Part shown: positions 35,728-45,993 of the stretch, one piece after another | Position numbering within the stretch: position 1 is the stretch's first letter | Layout: each line of letters starts with the position of its first letter | From: Thermotogota bacterium | GTDB lineage: Bacteria; Thermotogota; Thermotogae; MWEM01 | Assembly: GCA_035391225.1 (NCBI GenBank) | Contig: DAOPKN010000005.1 | Coordinates: 42,063 to 106,062, forward strand | Direction: 5' to 3' | Length of the DNA: 64,000 nt | The notes under the pieces: generated by a model | Seen by the model: only the letters and a program-made list of their open reading frames with translations | Told to the model about the DNA's origin: nothing | Databases searched by the model: none | Program-made: the position numbers and the translations under genes

Positions 35728-36395
35728 TACATCTCCTCCACCAGGGAACTCAAATCCTTCCCCGTTTCAATATACACGATTTCTTCGCATAAATTGGTGG
35801 CATGGTCCGCGATACGTTCGATATCCCGCGCCAGAAGCAGCAGGATGGGAACCAGTCGCATGTCGAATCCCTCCGTGTTGAGTTGTTCCATCACGTAGTC
35901 ATCGATCTTTCGCTCCAATTCATCGACCAAAGAATCGGTTTTCCAAACCTCGATAGCCTTGTGAACGTTTCGTTCGCCGAATGCGGAAAAAGCGTCCTTG
36001 ATCATCTGCATCGAATGCCCGATCATCTGGCGCATCTGGGGGGGAGGGTTGAACACGATACTCCGGTCGAAAAGGGTGATGGCCTTTTGCGCGATGTTCA
36101 CCGAAAGGTCACCGATACGTTCGAGGTTGTTGGAAAACTTGATCATGGTGATGGTGTAGCGCAAGTCCTTGCCCATGGGGTTGAAGCGGGCTATGATCTG
36201 GTACACGGACTCCTCCACCTTTCGATTGATGTCGTCGATGGGATCGTCGAGCTTTTTTACGCGGATGGCCAAGCGCTCGTCCCCATCCTCGATCGCACGG
36301 ATCGACATCTCGAAAGACTCCAGCACCAGCGAAAGCAGCTTGGAGATATCCGCCTTCAGGATCAGTAACTCGTTGTCGAAATGAATCGTTTCCAC
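35727..36395 (-). CDS. phoU: Phosphate signalling complex protein PhoU
   Basis: Two PhoU repeats with ERIGDLSVNIAQ and ERIADHATNLCEEIVY. Confidence 0.85.
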   Translation of the reverse strand: METIHFDNELLILKADISKLLSLVLESFEMSIRAIEDGDERLAIRVKKLDDPIDDINRKVEESVYQIIARFNPMGKDLRYTITMIKFSNNLERIGDLSVNIAQKAITLFDRSIVFNPPPQMRQMIGHSMQMIKDAFSAFGERNVHKAIEVWKTDSLVDELERKIDDYVMEQLNTEGFDMRLVPILLLLARDIERIADHATNLCEEIVYIETGKDLSSLVEEM

Positions 36396-36426
36396 CGTTC
36401 TTCTCTCCTTTTTTCCGGGTAAGGGT

Positions 36427-37212
36427 TCAGCTGATCTTCCCCATCAGGTAATTTTCGGTGAGGGATTGCTCGGGTTGCTTGACGATGCGTGCAGTGGGAC
36501 CGGTTTCCACCAGTTCTCCCCTGTACATGAACACCATGAAATCCGAAATGCGCACAGCTTGGGCCAAGTTATGGGTGACGATCAGGATGGTGTACTTCTC
36601 GGAGAGTTCCTCCAGCAGGATCTCGATGTTCTGCGTGGCGATGGGATCCAACGCCGATGTGGGTTCGTCCAGCAGGATCACCTCGGGGTCCACCGCAAGC
36701 GCCCTCGCGATACAGAGCCGTTGCTGTTGCCCTCCGGAAAGGGATGTGGCAGGCTTGGAAAGCTCGTCCTTTACTTCGTCCCACAACGAGGCCTGTACCA
36801 GCGCTTCTTCCACCCTTTCCCCCAAGGAGCGTTTGCCGCGCATGCGGTGGATCTTGGGGCCAAACGCCACGTTGTCGTAGATCGACATGGGGAAAGGAGT
36901 GGGTTTCTGGAACACCATTCCCACTTTCTTGCGGTATGCCGTAAGGTCCAGTTCCTTTTCGAAGATATCCTGTCCCTCGAAGAGGATCCTTCCCTCGGTG
37001 CGAAAACCGAAGATCGTGTCGTTGATGCGATTGATACTACGCAGAAGCGTTGATTTTCCACATCCCGAGGGGCCAATGATGGCGGTGATCCGGTTCTTGG
37101 GAAAAGACACCGTGACATCCTTCACCCCCACTTTCTGTCCGTAGAACGCGGAAAAATCCTGTACCGAAATGATATCATCGCGCATGGTTTTTCCTCCTGA
37201 AGCGAAACGCAA
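36427..37212 (-). CDS. pstB: Phosphate ABC transporter ATP-binding protein PstB
   Basis: PstB-specific VGMVFQKPTPFPMSIYDNVAFG. Walker A GPSGCGKST. LSGGQQQRLCIARA. Confidence 0.9.
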   Translation of the reverse strand: MRFASGGKTMRDDIISVQDFSAFYGQKVGVKDVTVSFPKNRITAIIGPSGCGKSTLLRSINRINDTIFGFRTEGRILFEGQDIFEKELDLTAYRKKVGMVFQKPTPFPMSIYDNVAFGPKIHRMRGKRSLGERVEEALVQASLWDEVKDELSKPATSLSGGQQQRLCIARALAVDPEVILLDEPTSALDPIATQNIEILLEELSEKYTILIVTHNLAQAVRISDFMVFMYRGELVETGPTARIVKQPEQSLTENYLMGKIS

Positions 37213-38029
37213 CCAGGTAAATCGCCAAAACGAGCAGAAGAAGGAACGCGGAGGTTCCCTTGGCCATCCACTGAGCGTCTTTGCCGTATGCCATTGTGAT
37301 GTAGTAGATGTGCGAGGGAAGTGTCATCACCGGGTCTCCCAACCCACTCGGATACTGCGTGGCATAGAAAACAGCTCCCGTGAGAAGAACTGGGGCGGTT
37401 TCTCCCATTACCCGCCCTCCACCAATCAGGCAGGCGGTGATGATCCGCGCGCGGGAAAAGGGAAGAAGGATGCGGAAGATCACTTCCGTCTTGCGGGCAC
37501 CCAGCGCATACCCCGATTCGCGGAGTGCAACGGGAACTGCCGCGAGCGCTTCTTTCACCGCAGAGGAGATCACGGGAAGCGTCATCAACGACAGCGTGAG
37601 GCTACCCGCGAGGATAGAAGTCCCCAGCCCCATCGTGATGCAGAACAGCGAAAGCCCAAAGAGCCCGAAAACAATGGAAGGCACGCCTCCCAGGGCCGTG
37701 ATGGATACGTTGAGAAAGGTTCCCAACTTGGAATGGCCCGCGTACTCGCTCAAGTACACCCCGGTGAGAATGCCAACCGGAATGGCCAGAAGGAGGCTGA
37801 AAAGAAGAATGATAAGGGTTCCCAGGATGGCGGGCAAGATCCCCCCTTGTTCCATCCCCTGGCGGGGAACTTGGCTGAAGAACTCCCAGCTGAAGTACCG
37901 GGCTCCATCGATGAAAAACATCGCGAACAGCAACACCACGCTCAAGAAGACGAGGTAAGCTACTACACGGAACAAAAACGCGATCCAGCTATCTTTCCGC
38001 ATTGGGAAATCCCCCCTTCCATGGCTCAA
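37175..38029 (-). CDS. pstA: Phosphate ABC transporter permease PstA
   Basis: 6-TM permease with the EAA-like motif. Order pstC-pstA-pstB. Confidence 0.8.
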   Translation of the reverse strand: MSHGRGDFPMRKDSWIAFLFRVVAYLVFLSVVLLFAMFFIDGARYFSWEFFSQVPRQGMEQGGILPAILGTLIILLFSLLLAIPVGILTGVYLSEYAGHSKLGTFLNVSITALGGVPSIVFGLFGLSLFCITMGLGTSILAGSLTLSLMTLPVISSAVKEALAAVPVALRESGYALGARKTEVIFRILLPFSRARIITACLIGGGRVMGETAPVLLTGAVFYATQYPSGLGDPVMTLPSHIYYITMAYGKDAQWMAKGTSAFLLLLVLAIYLVAFRFRRKNHAR

Positions 38030-38952
38030 GCCTTCCCGTTGCTTTTTCCCACGATCTTGCGGGATGCCAGCGTGAGCAGGAACGAAAAGGACAGGAGAAT
38101 CAAACCGGCGCTGAAAAGGGCACTGTAATGGAGGCTGTGAAGCTCCACTTCCCCCATTTCACTGGCGATGGCAGCGGTCAGCGGGCGCACCGGGTCAAAC
38201 AGCGAAAGGGGAATGATGGCTGCTCCCCCCGCCACCATCAAGACCACCATGGTCTCCCCGATGATGCGGTTCACGGTCAACACGGCGGCATTGAGGATAC
38301 CGGATAGCGAAGCCCGGCTCACCACCTTCCATCCCGCGGTGAAACGTGTGGACCCGAGCGCAAGCGCACCTTCTTTCAACGATCGATCAACCCCGCAAAG
38401 TGCTTCGTGCATCAGCGATGCGGTGTAGGGAAGAGCGAGGATGGTCAACGCCAGTGATGCCACCAGCAGGTTCTCTGGGGAATACACCCCGATTCTCAGC
38501 ATCCACGGTGAAACGTACAGCAGAAAGAAGGATCCGATGAGCACCGAGGGAACACCAGCCAACAGGTCGATGGCGGATTTGATCATTCTTTGCTCCCGGG
38601 GGGTGGCATACTCGTACAGGAAAAAGGCGGTGACGTATCCAAGGGGAAGAACAAACACGCTGCTCAACAGGGTTACCAGCAGCGAATCCACGATCATGGC
38701 CAACATACCGAATTCGGGCGGATCACAAGTGGGATACCAGTAGGGACTGGTGAAAAACGTTCCGCCGACCGCAAGCAACGAGGGTATGGCTTCTTTGAGG
38801 ATGAACCCCGTTAACAGGACAAGCACGAGGATCCCGGTCAGCGCAAAAAGAAAAATGATCCCCGTGTTCCAGCGATGCACGAAAACCCTTCGATCCAAGG
38901 ACACACACTCCCCGGGGGTCAGGAATTTGGAAGACCCCCTTTCGTGAAACAT
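38026..38952 (-). CDS. pstC: Phosphate ABC transporter permease PstC
   Basis: 6-TM permease. Overlaps pstA (ATGA-type coupling). First gene of the pst unit. No pstS upstream. Confidence 0.8.
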   Translation of the reverse strand: MFHERGSSKFLTPGECVSLDRRVFVHRWNTGIIFLFALTGILVLVLLTGFILKEAIPSLLAVGGTFFTSPYWYPTCDPPEFGMLAMIVDSLLVTLLSSVFVLPLGYVTAFFLYEYATPREQRMIKSAIDLLAGVPSVLIGSFFLLYVSPWMLRIGVYSPENLLVASLALTILALPYTASLMHEALCGVDRSLKEGALALGSTRFTAGWKVVSRASLSGILNAAVLTVNRIIGETMVVLMVAGGAAIIPLSLFDPVRPLTAAIASEMGEVELHSLHYSALFSAGLILLSFSFLLTLASRKIVGKSNGKA

Positions 38953-38997
38953 TGTAAAAGAAGTCTTTTGGGTTTTCGTGAGTCTTTGTGAACTTTT

Positions 38998-39789
38998 TTA
39001 TCCCGGAGCTTTTGTGCCCGGAGGGGGGTACAAAACCTGGGGACGGGAAACCACTGGATGTGGAATCACCAGCGCCCGAACTCCGTACACGCGCTGGATC
39101 AAGTCCGCATCGAGTACTTCGCCGGGTGTACCTTGGGAAACCAGTTTTCCCGACTGGAACACCGCGATCTGGTCGCAGAAAAGCGAGGCCAGGTTGATCT
39201 CGTGGAACACACCCACCACGCAGGTTCCTTCCTCGCGGTTCCGCAGGCTCACCTGCTCCATGAGTTGCTGCACGTGTCCCGGATCGAGGTGTGCCACGAA
39301 TTCATCCAGCAGCAGCACGGGGGTTTGCTGCGCGAAACACTTGGCGATCAATACCCGTTGCTTCTCTCCACCACTCAATTGTTGGAAGACATGCTCTTCG
39401 AAGCCGCAAAGATCAGCGCGTTCCAGCGACCGGGCAACGATGGATGCATCCGAAACCCTCTCCGAACCCAGGAAACCCAGGTAAGGGGTGCGCCCCATGG
39501 AAACGATCTCTTCCACGGTAAAATCGTAGGCGGGGGAAAAGTCCTGCAGCACGGCGGAAACCAACCTTGCGAGTTGCTTGCGCGGGATGCTTCCCACACG
39601 TTGGCCGTCTACCCGGATCTCTCCGGACCAAGGCTTGAGCAACCCGAGGATCAATTTCACCAGGGTACTCTTCCCGGAACCATTTGGCCCGATGATGCCA
39701 AAGATCTTTCTCCGGGGAATGCGCAGCGACAAACCTTCGAACAGTGGTTTGGTGTCGTAGCCAAAAGTCACGTTGGAAATTTCGATCAT
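38998..39789 (-). CDS. Orphan ABC transporter ATP-binding protein (FepC/BtuD/HmuV-like type)
   Basis: Walker A GPNGSGKST. Signature QLSGGEKQRVLIA. Walker B LLLDEFVAHLD. 263 aa with no MalK-type C-terminal domain. 8-nt overlap with the upstream GH13 gene. Confidence 0.75.
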   Translation of the reverse strand: MIEISNVTFGYDTKPLFEGLSLRIPRRKIFGIIGPNGSGKSTLVKLILGLLKPWSGEIRVDGQRVGSIPRKQLARLVSAVLQDFSPAYDFTVEEIVSMGRTPYLGFLGSERVSDASIVARSLERADLCGFEEHVFQQLSGGEKQRVLIAKCFAQQTPVLLLDEFVAHLDPGHVQQLMEQVSLRNREEGTCVVGVFHEINLASLFCDQIAVFQSGKLVSQGTPGEVLDADLIQRVYGVRALVIPHPVVSRPQVLYPPPGTKAPG

Positions 39790-39795
39790 GCGAGC

Positions 39796-41415
39796 CTATC
39801 CCTTGCGGGTGAGTTCCACGATTTTCACCTCGAAAGGTTCCAGGACCAACTCGCGTTGCACCGGGATACTTGGCCCCTTCTTCGAGGAAAACAAGACCTT
39901 GCCGAACTCCCACTCCCTGGCAACCCGACGGACCTGCCGGGATTCGGAGAAATTCAACAGGATACCAACACCCGTTCCATCGTGGACTCGACAGAAACTC
40001 AGCAACTGGGCATCGTTGGGTTCCATCCATTCCAGCTTCCCCCACTTGAGCGCATCGCAGGCACGGCGCAACCGCAACAACTGCCGGGTGAAGTTGAGCA
40101 TCGAGTGTGGATCTTTCTCCTGCGACACCACGTTCACCCATTCCTTGTTGGGGTGCACGGGTAGCCAGGGAGTCCCCTCCGAAAAGCCAGCCACCGGACC
40201 ATCGTCCCACTGCATCGGGGTGCGGCAACCATCGCGCCCAGGAACCTGTGGCCAGAGGTTCTTTCCCTGTGGATCCACGATTTGGTCGAAGGGGATAACC
40301 GCCTCTTCCATCCCCAGTTCCTCCCCGTAGTACAAGAAGGGGGTGCCCCGCAGTGTGAGCAGCAAGGCAAGCAAGACCTTTGCCCGCTCCACGCGGTGCC
40401 CGTCGTCGGGCAAGCGGGAAAGGAAACGGGGAGAATCGTGGTTGCCCAGAACGTAACTTGGCCAGGAAAGGGTGCTGAAAAGCTCCTCGCAGCGCGCAAC
40501 GTGCTGCCGGTAAACCTGGGGATCAAAACTCCCCAGATCCTTGAAGACGAAGTTGAACGCGAGGTCCAATCGCCCGGGCTTGGTGTACTCCAGGAACTGG
40601 AACATCCCCCCATCCGTGATCACTTCCCCCACGCCCATTGCACCGGGGAAGTCGTGGAGGGTATCGGCGATGGCTTCCACCGCGAGAAGCGTTTCAGGTC
40701 GATCGCGGTCAAACACGTGGAAGAAACGCGCAAACTCCGGAACGTTGGGAGCATGGGGGCAGGGTGGATTGTCCCGCAGCGCCTGGTCCTTGAAGAAAAG
40801 GTTCACCACGTCGAAGCGAAATCCATCCACCCCCTTCTCCAACCAGAAGCGAAGAGAATCCATCACCGCGTTTTGCACTTCGGGGTTTCGCCAATTCAAG
40901 TCAGGTTGCCCGGGCACGAACAAGTGCAGGTAATACTGACCGCGGCCTTCGTCCCATTCCCAGGCACTGCCCCCGAAGTACGAGAGCCAGTTGTTGGGTG
41001 GCTTTCCCCGCTCACCATCCACCCAAATGAACCAATCTGCCTTGGGGTTCTCCCGCGAGGAGCGGGACGCGACAAACCACGGATGCTCGTCGGAGGTGTG
41101 GTTGTATACCTGGTCGATGATCACGCGCAATCCCCTGTCGTGGGCTGCCTTCAACAACTCGTCGAAGTCTTCCATGCTGCCAAATACCGGGTCGATGGCG
41201 CAATAATCCGAAATATCGTAGCCGAAATCCTTCATGGGGGAACGGAAAAACGGGGAAAGCCAGATGGCATCGACCCCCAGCGAAGCGATGTACTCCAATT
41301 TGCACGTGATGCCCTTCAGGTCACCAGTGCCATCTCCGTTTGCGTCGAAAAAACTGCGGGGGTATACCTGGTACACCACCGCTCCTTTCCACCACGGTCT
41401 CTGTTGGGTATGCAA
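39796..41415 (-). CDS. GH13 alpha-glucosidase / oligo-1,6-glucosidase
   Basis: WWKGAVVYQVYPRSFFDANGDGTGDLKGI...GVDAIWLSPFFRSPMKDFGYDISDY. Catalytic regions GFRFDVV and EELGM. Confidence 0.85.
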   Translation of the reverse strand: MHTQQRPWWKGAVVYQVYPRSFFDANGDGTGDLKGITCKLEYIASLGVDAIWLSPFFRSPMKDFGYDISDYCAIDPVFGSMEDFDELLKAAHDRGLRVIIDQVYNHTSDEHPWFVASRSSRENPKADWFIWVDGERGKPPNNWLSYFGGSAWEWDEGRGQYYLHLFVPGQPDLNWRNPEVQNAVMDSLRFWLEKGVDGFRFDVVNLFFKDQALRDNPPCPHAPNVPEFARFFHVFDRDRPETLLAVEAIADTLHDFPGAMGVGEVITDGGMFQFLEYTKPGRLDLAFNFVFKDLGSFDPQVYRQHVARCEELFSTLSWPSYVLGNHDSPRFLSRLPDDGHRVERAKVLLALLLTLRGTPFLYYGEELGMEEAVIPFDQIVDPQGKNLWPQVPGRDGCRTPMQWDDGPVAGFSEGTPWLPVHPNKEWVNVVSQEKDPHSMLNFTRQLLRLRRACDALKWGKLEWMEPNDAQLLSFCRVHDGTGVGILLNFSESRQVRRVAREWEFGKVLFSSKKGPSIPVQRELVLEPFEVKIVELTRKG

Positions 41416-41615
41416 CGCAATCCCTCCCTTGAATCGCCGATTCTGTTCCCTTTGATTCTAACACAAATCGGATGCGAGAAAAGCCGAGGATACCAAGGAT
41501 TTCGGCGAAAACCGTCACAAAATAGTCAAATCGAAAGGAATTGGGCGATTTCCTGGATTATTTACCCTTCTTCAAGGTATTTTGGGTTTTTGTATTTGGA
41601 ACGATGGTGTTATAA

Positions 41616-41629
41616 TGGAAGCGTTTCCA
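41616..41629 (+). promoter_or_regulatory. LacI-family operator TGGAAGCGTTTCCA abutting a TATAAT -10 upstream of the LacI regulator/sugar ABC operon
   Basis: Near-palindromic 14-mer with central CG, matching the LacI/CcpA-type consensus TGnAAnCGnTTnCA. TATAAT at 41611-41616. Confidence 0.5.
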
Positions 41630-41657
41630 ACGAATTGACTCCGAGGAAGGCAAGACG

Positions 41658-42650
41658 ATGGATCACAAGAAGGTCACCATAAAAGACGTAGCGAAGGAAG
41701 CCCGTGTTGGAATTGGAACTGTTTCCAGAGTTTTGAACGCGGGAGTAGTGAATCCAAAGACACGGGAAAGGGTGCAAAAGGCGATCGACAAGCTGGGGTA
41801 CCAACCCAATTTTTTTGCCCGCCAGCTTGCCGGTGGAAAATCCCGGAGAATCCTCGCGTTGATTCCCGAGGTGAAAACCGAATTCCACTGGCGCATCCTG
41901 GAAACCTTCGACGCTTGCCTGGATAGAAAGGATTACCAGAGCATCATTTACCCCCTGACATCCATGAAACGATTTGAAAACCTCGTCTCAAACATGTCGT
42001 TCGCGCAGGAAGTGGAAGGAATTGCCCTTTTGACCATCAACGCGGATATCCTGGACGATTTTTGGGATTCCCAGCTTCCCGTGGTGCTCATCGAGCAGAA
42101 GCATCCCGATCTTCCCTGCGTTTTCCTCAACAACTACCGGGGGGGGAAACTAGCCGCCCAGCACTTGATTTCCAAGGATGCCACCGATTTTTTTGCGTTG
42201 TACTCCGTGGTGGAAAACCCCCTCGTAGACCCGTTGCACATGGAAGAACGCCTTGGTGGATTCCGCGATGTTTTGGAACAGGAAAACCGTTCCCTTTCCA
42301 AGGATCAAATCGTGTACGGTGATTTCGCCCTCGGACCTTCGCACGCCAAGCTCACGGAAATCCTTACCAAGTACGAGCGCCCCGGCATTTTTGCCTTGAC
42401 CGATAATTTCGCCCTGTTCTTGTTGCAAGTGGCTTCCTCGCTGGGGAAAGTCCCCGCGAAGGATTTCCTGCTCGTGGGGTACGATAACCAGTCCTGGGCG
42501 GAAAAAGTGGGACTCACCACGATTGAGCAACCCATTGACGATTTCGGAGATATTGGCGCCCAGCTCATACTGGAACGCATCCTGACCCCTGAAAAACCCA
42601 TTCGCCAAATCGAGTTCAACCCGCAACTGATTTTGCGTGCGACAACATAA
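41658..42650 (+). CDS. LacI-family transcriptional regulator
   Basis: HTH TIKDVAKEARVGIGTVSRVLN. Periplasmic-binding-fold C-domain. Confidence 0.85.
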   Translation: MDHKKVTIKDVAKEARVGIGTVSRVLNAGVVNPKTRERVQKAIDKLGYQPNFFARQLAGGKSRRILALIPEVKTEFHWRILETFDACLDRKDYQSIIYPLTSMKRFENLVSNMSFAQEVEGIALLTINADILDDFWDSQLPVVLIEQKHPDLPCVFLNNYRGGKLAAQHLISKDATDFFALYSVVENPLVDPLHMEERLGGFRDVLEQENRSLSKDQIVYGDFALGPSHAKLTEILTKYERPGIFALTDNFALFLLQVASSLGKVPAKDFLLVGYDNQSWAEKVGLTTIEQPIDDFGDIGAQLILERILTPEKPIRQIEFNPQLILRATT

Positions 42651-42674
42651 TTTTCTTCAAAGGGTGGTGAATTA

Positions 42675-43748
42675 ATGGCCAAAAAGCAATCAAGCCTGTT
42701 GCTCAAACGCCAACAGAGCCTGGCGATCAAGCTACTGCTTCCGACCTTCATCGTGCTGGGTCTCGTGGCGATCTACCCCCTCGGGGATGTGTTCGTAACC
42801 AGTTTCACCGACCGTGAATTTGCGGGCGGGGAGGACAATACAACCGACTTCGTTGGCTTCCAGAATTACTTCTCGCTACTGGGTTTTACCTTCAAGGAAT
42901 TGCCCCCCGTGCTCAACGACGATGGCACCCAGAAAATCGATGAAAAGACGGGAGAACCCGTGTACGAAAGGGCAATCCGTGTTCTTCCCCGGGATCCCTA
43001 CCGCTACCGCGAACTGAGCCAGTTTAACTGGTTTGGAAAGAGAATCGTGGTGGGTGCACGGAACCCCGATTTTCTAAAGGCCATTTGGAACACCCTTGTT
43101 TTCACCGTGTTGTCGGTTTTCTTGGAAACGTTGCTCGGGTTGTTCATCGCGTTGGTCGTGAACAGTAATTTCAAAGCCAAGGGAGCACTACGTACCACCA
43201 TGCTGGTTCCCTGGGCCGTGATCACCGTTGTGTCTGCCCGGATCTGGGAATGGATGCTCCAACCCGGGAACATCGGGTTCTTCAACATGTTGCTGTTCCG
43301 GCTCGGTCTTGGGGACGGCCAAGCTTCCTTCCTCACCTCTGCCGCGCTGCAGATGCCATCCATGGTGATGGTCGACGTGTGGAAGACGACCCCCTACATG
43401 GCGCTACTGATCCTTGCCGGGTTACAGACCATCCCCAAGGAACTGTACGAGGCGGCAAACGTGGATGGAGCGCACAAGGTTCGCCAATTTTTCTCCATCA
43501 CTTTCCCACTTCTCCGCCCCGCACTCGCCGTAGCCTTAATCTTCCGAACCCTGGATGCTCTCCGTGTTTTCGACGTGTTCCAGGTTCTGCTGGGAAGCAA
43601 GATGTATTCCATGGCTTCCTACAATTACTTCCAGTTGATACAGAACCGCCAGATGGGGCTGGCTTCCGCGATCGGTGTGATCATCTTCATCTTCATTGCG
43701 GTGTTTGCCGTCATCTACATGCGCTTGATGGGGGTGGATAAAGAATGA
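42675..43748 (+). CDS. Sugar ABC transporter permease (CUT1, MalF/UgpA-like)
   Basis: 6 TM with long first periplasmic loop. EAA motif region LLAGLQTIPKELYEAANVDGA. Confidence 0.8.
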   Translation: MAKKQSSLLLKRQQSLAIKLLLPTFIVLGLVAIYPLGDVFVTSFTDREFAGGEDNTTDFVGFQNYFSLLGFTFKELPPVLNDDGTQKIDEKTGEPVYERAIRVLPRDPYRYRELSQFNWFGKRIVVGARNPDFLKAIWNTLVFTVLSVFLETLLGLFIALVVNSNFKAKGALRTTMLVPWAVITVVSARIWEWMLQPGNIGFFNMLLFRLGLGDGQASFLTSAALQMPSMVMVDVWKTTPYMALLILAGLQTIPKELYEAANVDGAHKVRQFFSITFPLLRPALAVALIFRTLDALRVFDVFQVLLGSKMYSMASYNYFQLIQNRQMGLASAIGVIIFIFIAVFAVIYMRLMGVDKE

Positions 43749-44611
43749 CACGCAAGAAAACGAAGCAGCTCATTTCCAAGATCCTTTTCTACATCCTGAT
43801 CGTGGTCATCTTTTTCTACCTGTTGTTCCCCTTCTACTGGGCGCTGAATTCCTCGCTGAAAAGCGAAGCGCAGTTGTCCCAAACCCCCGCGACGTTCATC
43901 CCACGGGATGCGAACGGCAAGATCTCGATCTTCTGGAACAACTACGCCAGCATCTTTGCCAACGCGACGTTCGTACGCAGTATCTTCAACAGTATCATCG
44001 TGGCGGGGAGCACAACGCTGGTATCGCTCCTAATCGGCTCCTTTTCTGCCTTCGCGTTGGGAAAATTGTATTTCAAGGGCAAGAAGGTCACGCTCTACTT
44101 GATCCTCTCCATGACCATGTTTCCCCAGGTCACCGTTTTGAGCGGGTTGTACGCGGTCATCACCACCTTGAACCTGGCGGCGGTTCCCAGCATGATCCTG
44201 ACGTACATGATTTTCACGCTTCCGTTTACCACCTGGGTATTGACCACGTTCTTCAAGCAATTGCCCAATGAAATCATGCAATCGGCTCAAGTCGACGGTG
44301 CCACGCCTTTCCAGACCTTCTGGATGATCCTGCTGCCACTCACCGCCCCGGCGCTTGTCACCACAGGGTTATTGGCCTTCATCGCGGCTTGGAACGAGTA
44401 CCTGTTCGCCTTGACCTTCACCTCCATCGAGCCAACCGCGCGTACCATTCCCGTGGCCATCTCGATGTTCTCCGGAACCATTGCACGGCAGGAACCCTTT
44501 GGGGAAATCATGGCCGCCGCTGTGATGGTTACCATCCCAGTCGTTCTGCTGGTGTTGATCTTCCAGCGAAAGATCGTCGCGGGGTTAACCGCTGGCGCGG
44601 TAAAAGGATAG
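43745..44611 (+). CDS. Sugar ABC transporter permease (CUT1, MalG/UgpE-like)
   Basis: 6 TM. EAA motif region IMQSAQVDGATPFQTFWMILLP. Confidence 0.8.
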   Translation: MTRKKTKQLISKILFYILIVVIFFYLLFPFYWALNSSLKSEAQLSQTPATFIPRDANGKISIFWNNYASIFANATFVRSIFNSIIVAGSTTLVSLLIGSFSAFALGKLYFKGKKVTLYLILSMTMFPQVTVLSGLYAVITTLNLAAVPSMILTYMIFTLPFTTWVLTTFFKQLPNEIMQSAQVDGATPFQTFWMILLPLTAPALVTTGLLAFIAAWNEYLFALTFTSIEPTARTIPVAISMFSGTIARQEPFGEIMAAAVMVTIPVVLLVLIFQRKIVAGLTAGAVKG

Positions 44612-44669
44612 AATTCGCCAAAAAAGCTTGGGCGAAAGCCCAATACAACTTAGAAAGAGGAGGTTCACT

Positions 44670-45941
44670 ATGAAGAAATTTCTGTTGGTTTTGACCCTGG
44701 TTACCTTTCTTCTCAGTGTTAGCTTTGGAGCGGTAACGCTCACCGTGGCGGCTGGTGCCGTTGGAATCGAGCTCGAACTGGCCCAACAAGCCGCCGAGGA
44801 ATTCATGGCGCTGTACCCGGGGGTTGAAGTCAAGGTTCTGGAAACCCCTGATCTTGCAACCGACCGCCTTGGCCTGTACCTGCAGTTCTTCGAAGCCAAG
44901 AGTTCCGAGGTTGACGTGTACCAGATCGATGTCATCTGGCCCGGCGACTTGGCACAACACCTTGTTGACCTGTACCAGTACGGTGGACACGACTACGCGG
45001 GCAACCACTTCCCGGCGATCATCGAAAACAACACCGTGGATGGCAAGCTCATCGGTATCCCCTGGTTCACCGATGCTGGACTGCTGTACTACCGCACCGA
45101 TCTTCTGGAGAAGTACGGGTACGACCATCCTCCCGCAACCTGGGACGAACTCGAAGAGATGGCAAAGACCGTGCAAGCTGGCGAAAAGGCCAACAACCCC
45201 GACTTCTGGGGCTTCGTGTTCCAAGGCAACGCTTACGAAGGCCTGACCTGTGACGCCCTGGAATGGGTTGCTTCCAACGGTGGCGGTACCATCATCAACA
45301 CCGATAAGCAGATCACCATTGCCAATTCCAAGGCTGCGGAAATCCTGGAACAGGTGCGCGGTTGGATCGGCACCATTGCTCCCGAGGGTGTTCTTGGCTT
45401 CGCCGAAGAAGACGCCCGCAAGGTGTTCCAAGGTGGAAATGCCCTGTTCATGAGGAACTGGCCCTACGCATGGAGCCTGGGACAATCCGACGACAGCGCC
45501 GTGAAAGGCCTGTTCGGAGCATGCCCACTTCCTGCCGGAGACAGTGGCAAGGGTGCTGCCGCTCTCGGTGGCTGGCAGCTGGCCGTCAGCAAGTACTCCA
45601 AGAACCCCGCACTTGCTGCCCAACTGGCATTCTACCTGGCGAACTACGAGAACCAGAAGAAGCGCGCCATCATCGGGTCCTACAACCCCACCATCATGTC
45701 CCTGTACCAGGATCCTGACGTTCTCGAAGCAACGCCCATCTTCGGAAGCCTGTACGACGTGTTCATCAACGCAACTGCTCGCCCGTCCACCGCTTCCGCA
45801 CCTCGCTACAACGAAGTTTCCACACTGTTCTTCCAAGCCGTCCACAGCGTGATCAGCGGCGAAGAAGAAGCCATGACCGCCCTGGAAAACCTCGCGCTTG
45901 ACCTGGAAGAAGTAACCGGGTTCGAGGTCATCTGGGAATAA
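44670..45941 (+). CDS. Sugar ABC transporter substrate-binding protein (family 1 SBP)
   Basis: ATG at 44670 after AAAGAGGAGG. Signal peptide MKKFLLVLTLVTFLLSVSFG. SBP_bac_1-like body. Confidence 0.8.
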   Translation: MKKFLLVLTLVTFLLSVSFGAVTLTVAAGAVGIELELAQQAAEEFMALYPGVEVKVLETPDLATDRLGLYLQFFEAKSSEVDVYQIDVIWPGDLAQHLVDLYQYGGHDYAGNHFPAIIENNTVDGKLIGIPWFTDAGLLYYRTDLLEKYGYDHPPATWDELEEMAKTVQAGEKANNPDFWGFVFQGNAYEGLTCDALEWVASNGGGTIINTDKQITIANSKAAEILEQVRGWIGTIAPEGVLGFAEEDARKVFQGGNALFMRNWPYAWSLGQSDDSAVKGLFGACPLPAGDSGKGAAALGGWQLAVSKYSKNPALAAQLAFYLANYENQKKRAIIGSYNPTIMSLYQDPDVLEATPIFGSLYDVFINATARPSTASAPRYNEVSTLFFQAVHSVISGEEEAMTALENLALDLEEVTGFEVIWE

Positions 45942-45951
45942 GTACTCCAGC

Positions 45952-45987
45952 AAAAAAAAAGGAGCCCGAAAAGGGCTCCTTTTTTTC
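45952..45987. terminator. Strong bidirectional rho-independent terminator
   Basis: A9 - GGAGCCC-GAAAA-GGGCTCC - T7. Separates the sugar ABC operon from the convergent oxidoreductase operon. Confidence 0.85.
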
Positions 45988-45993
45988 TTTCCT

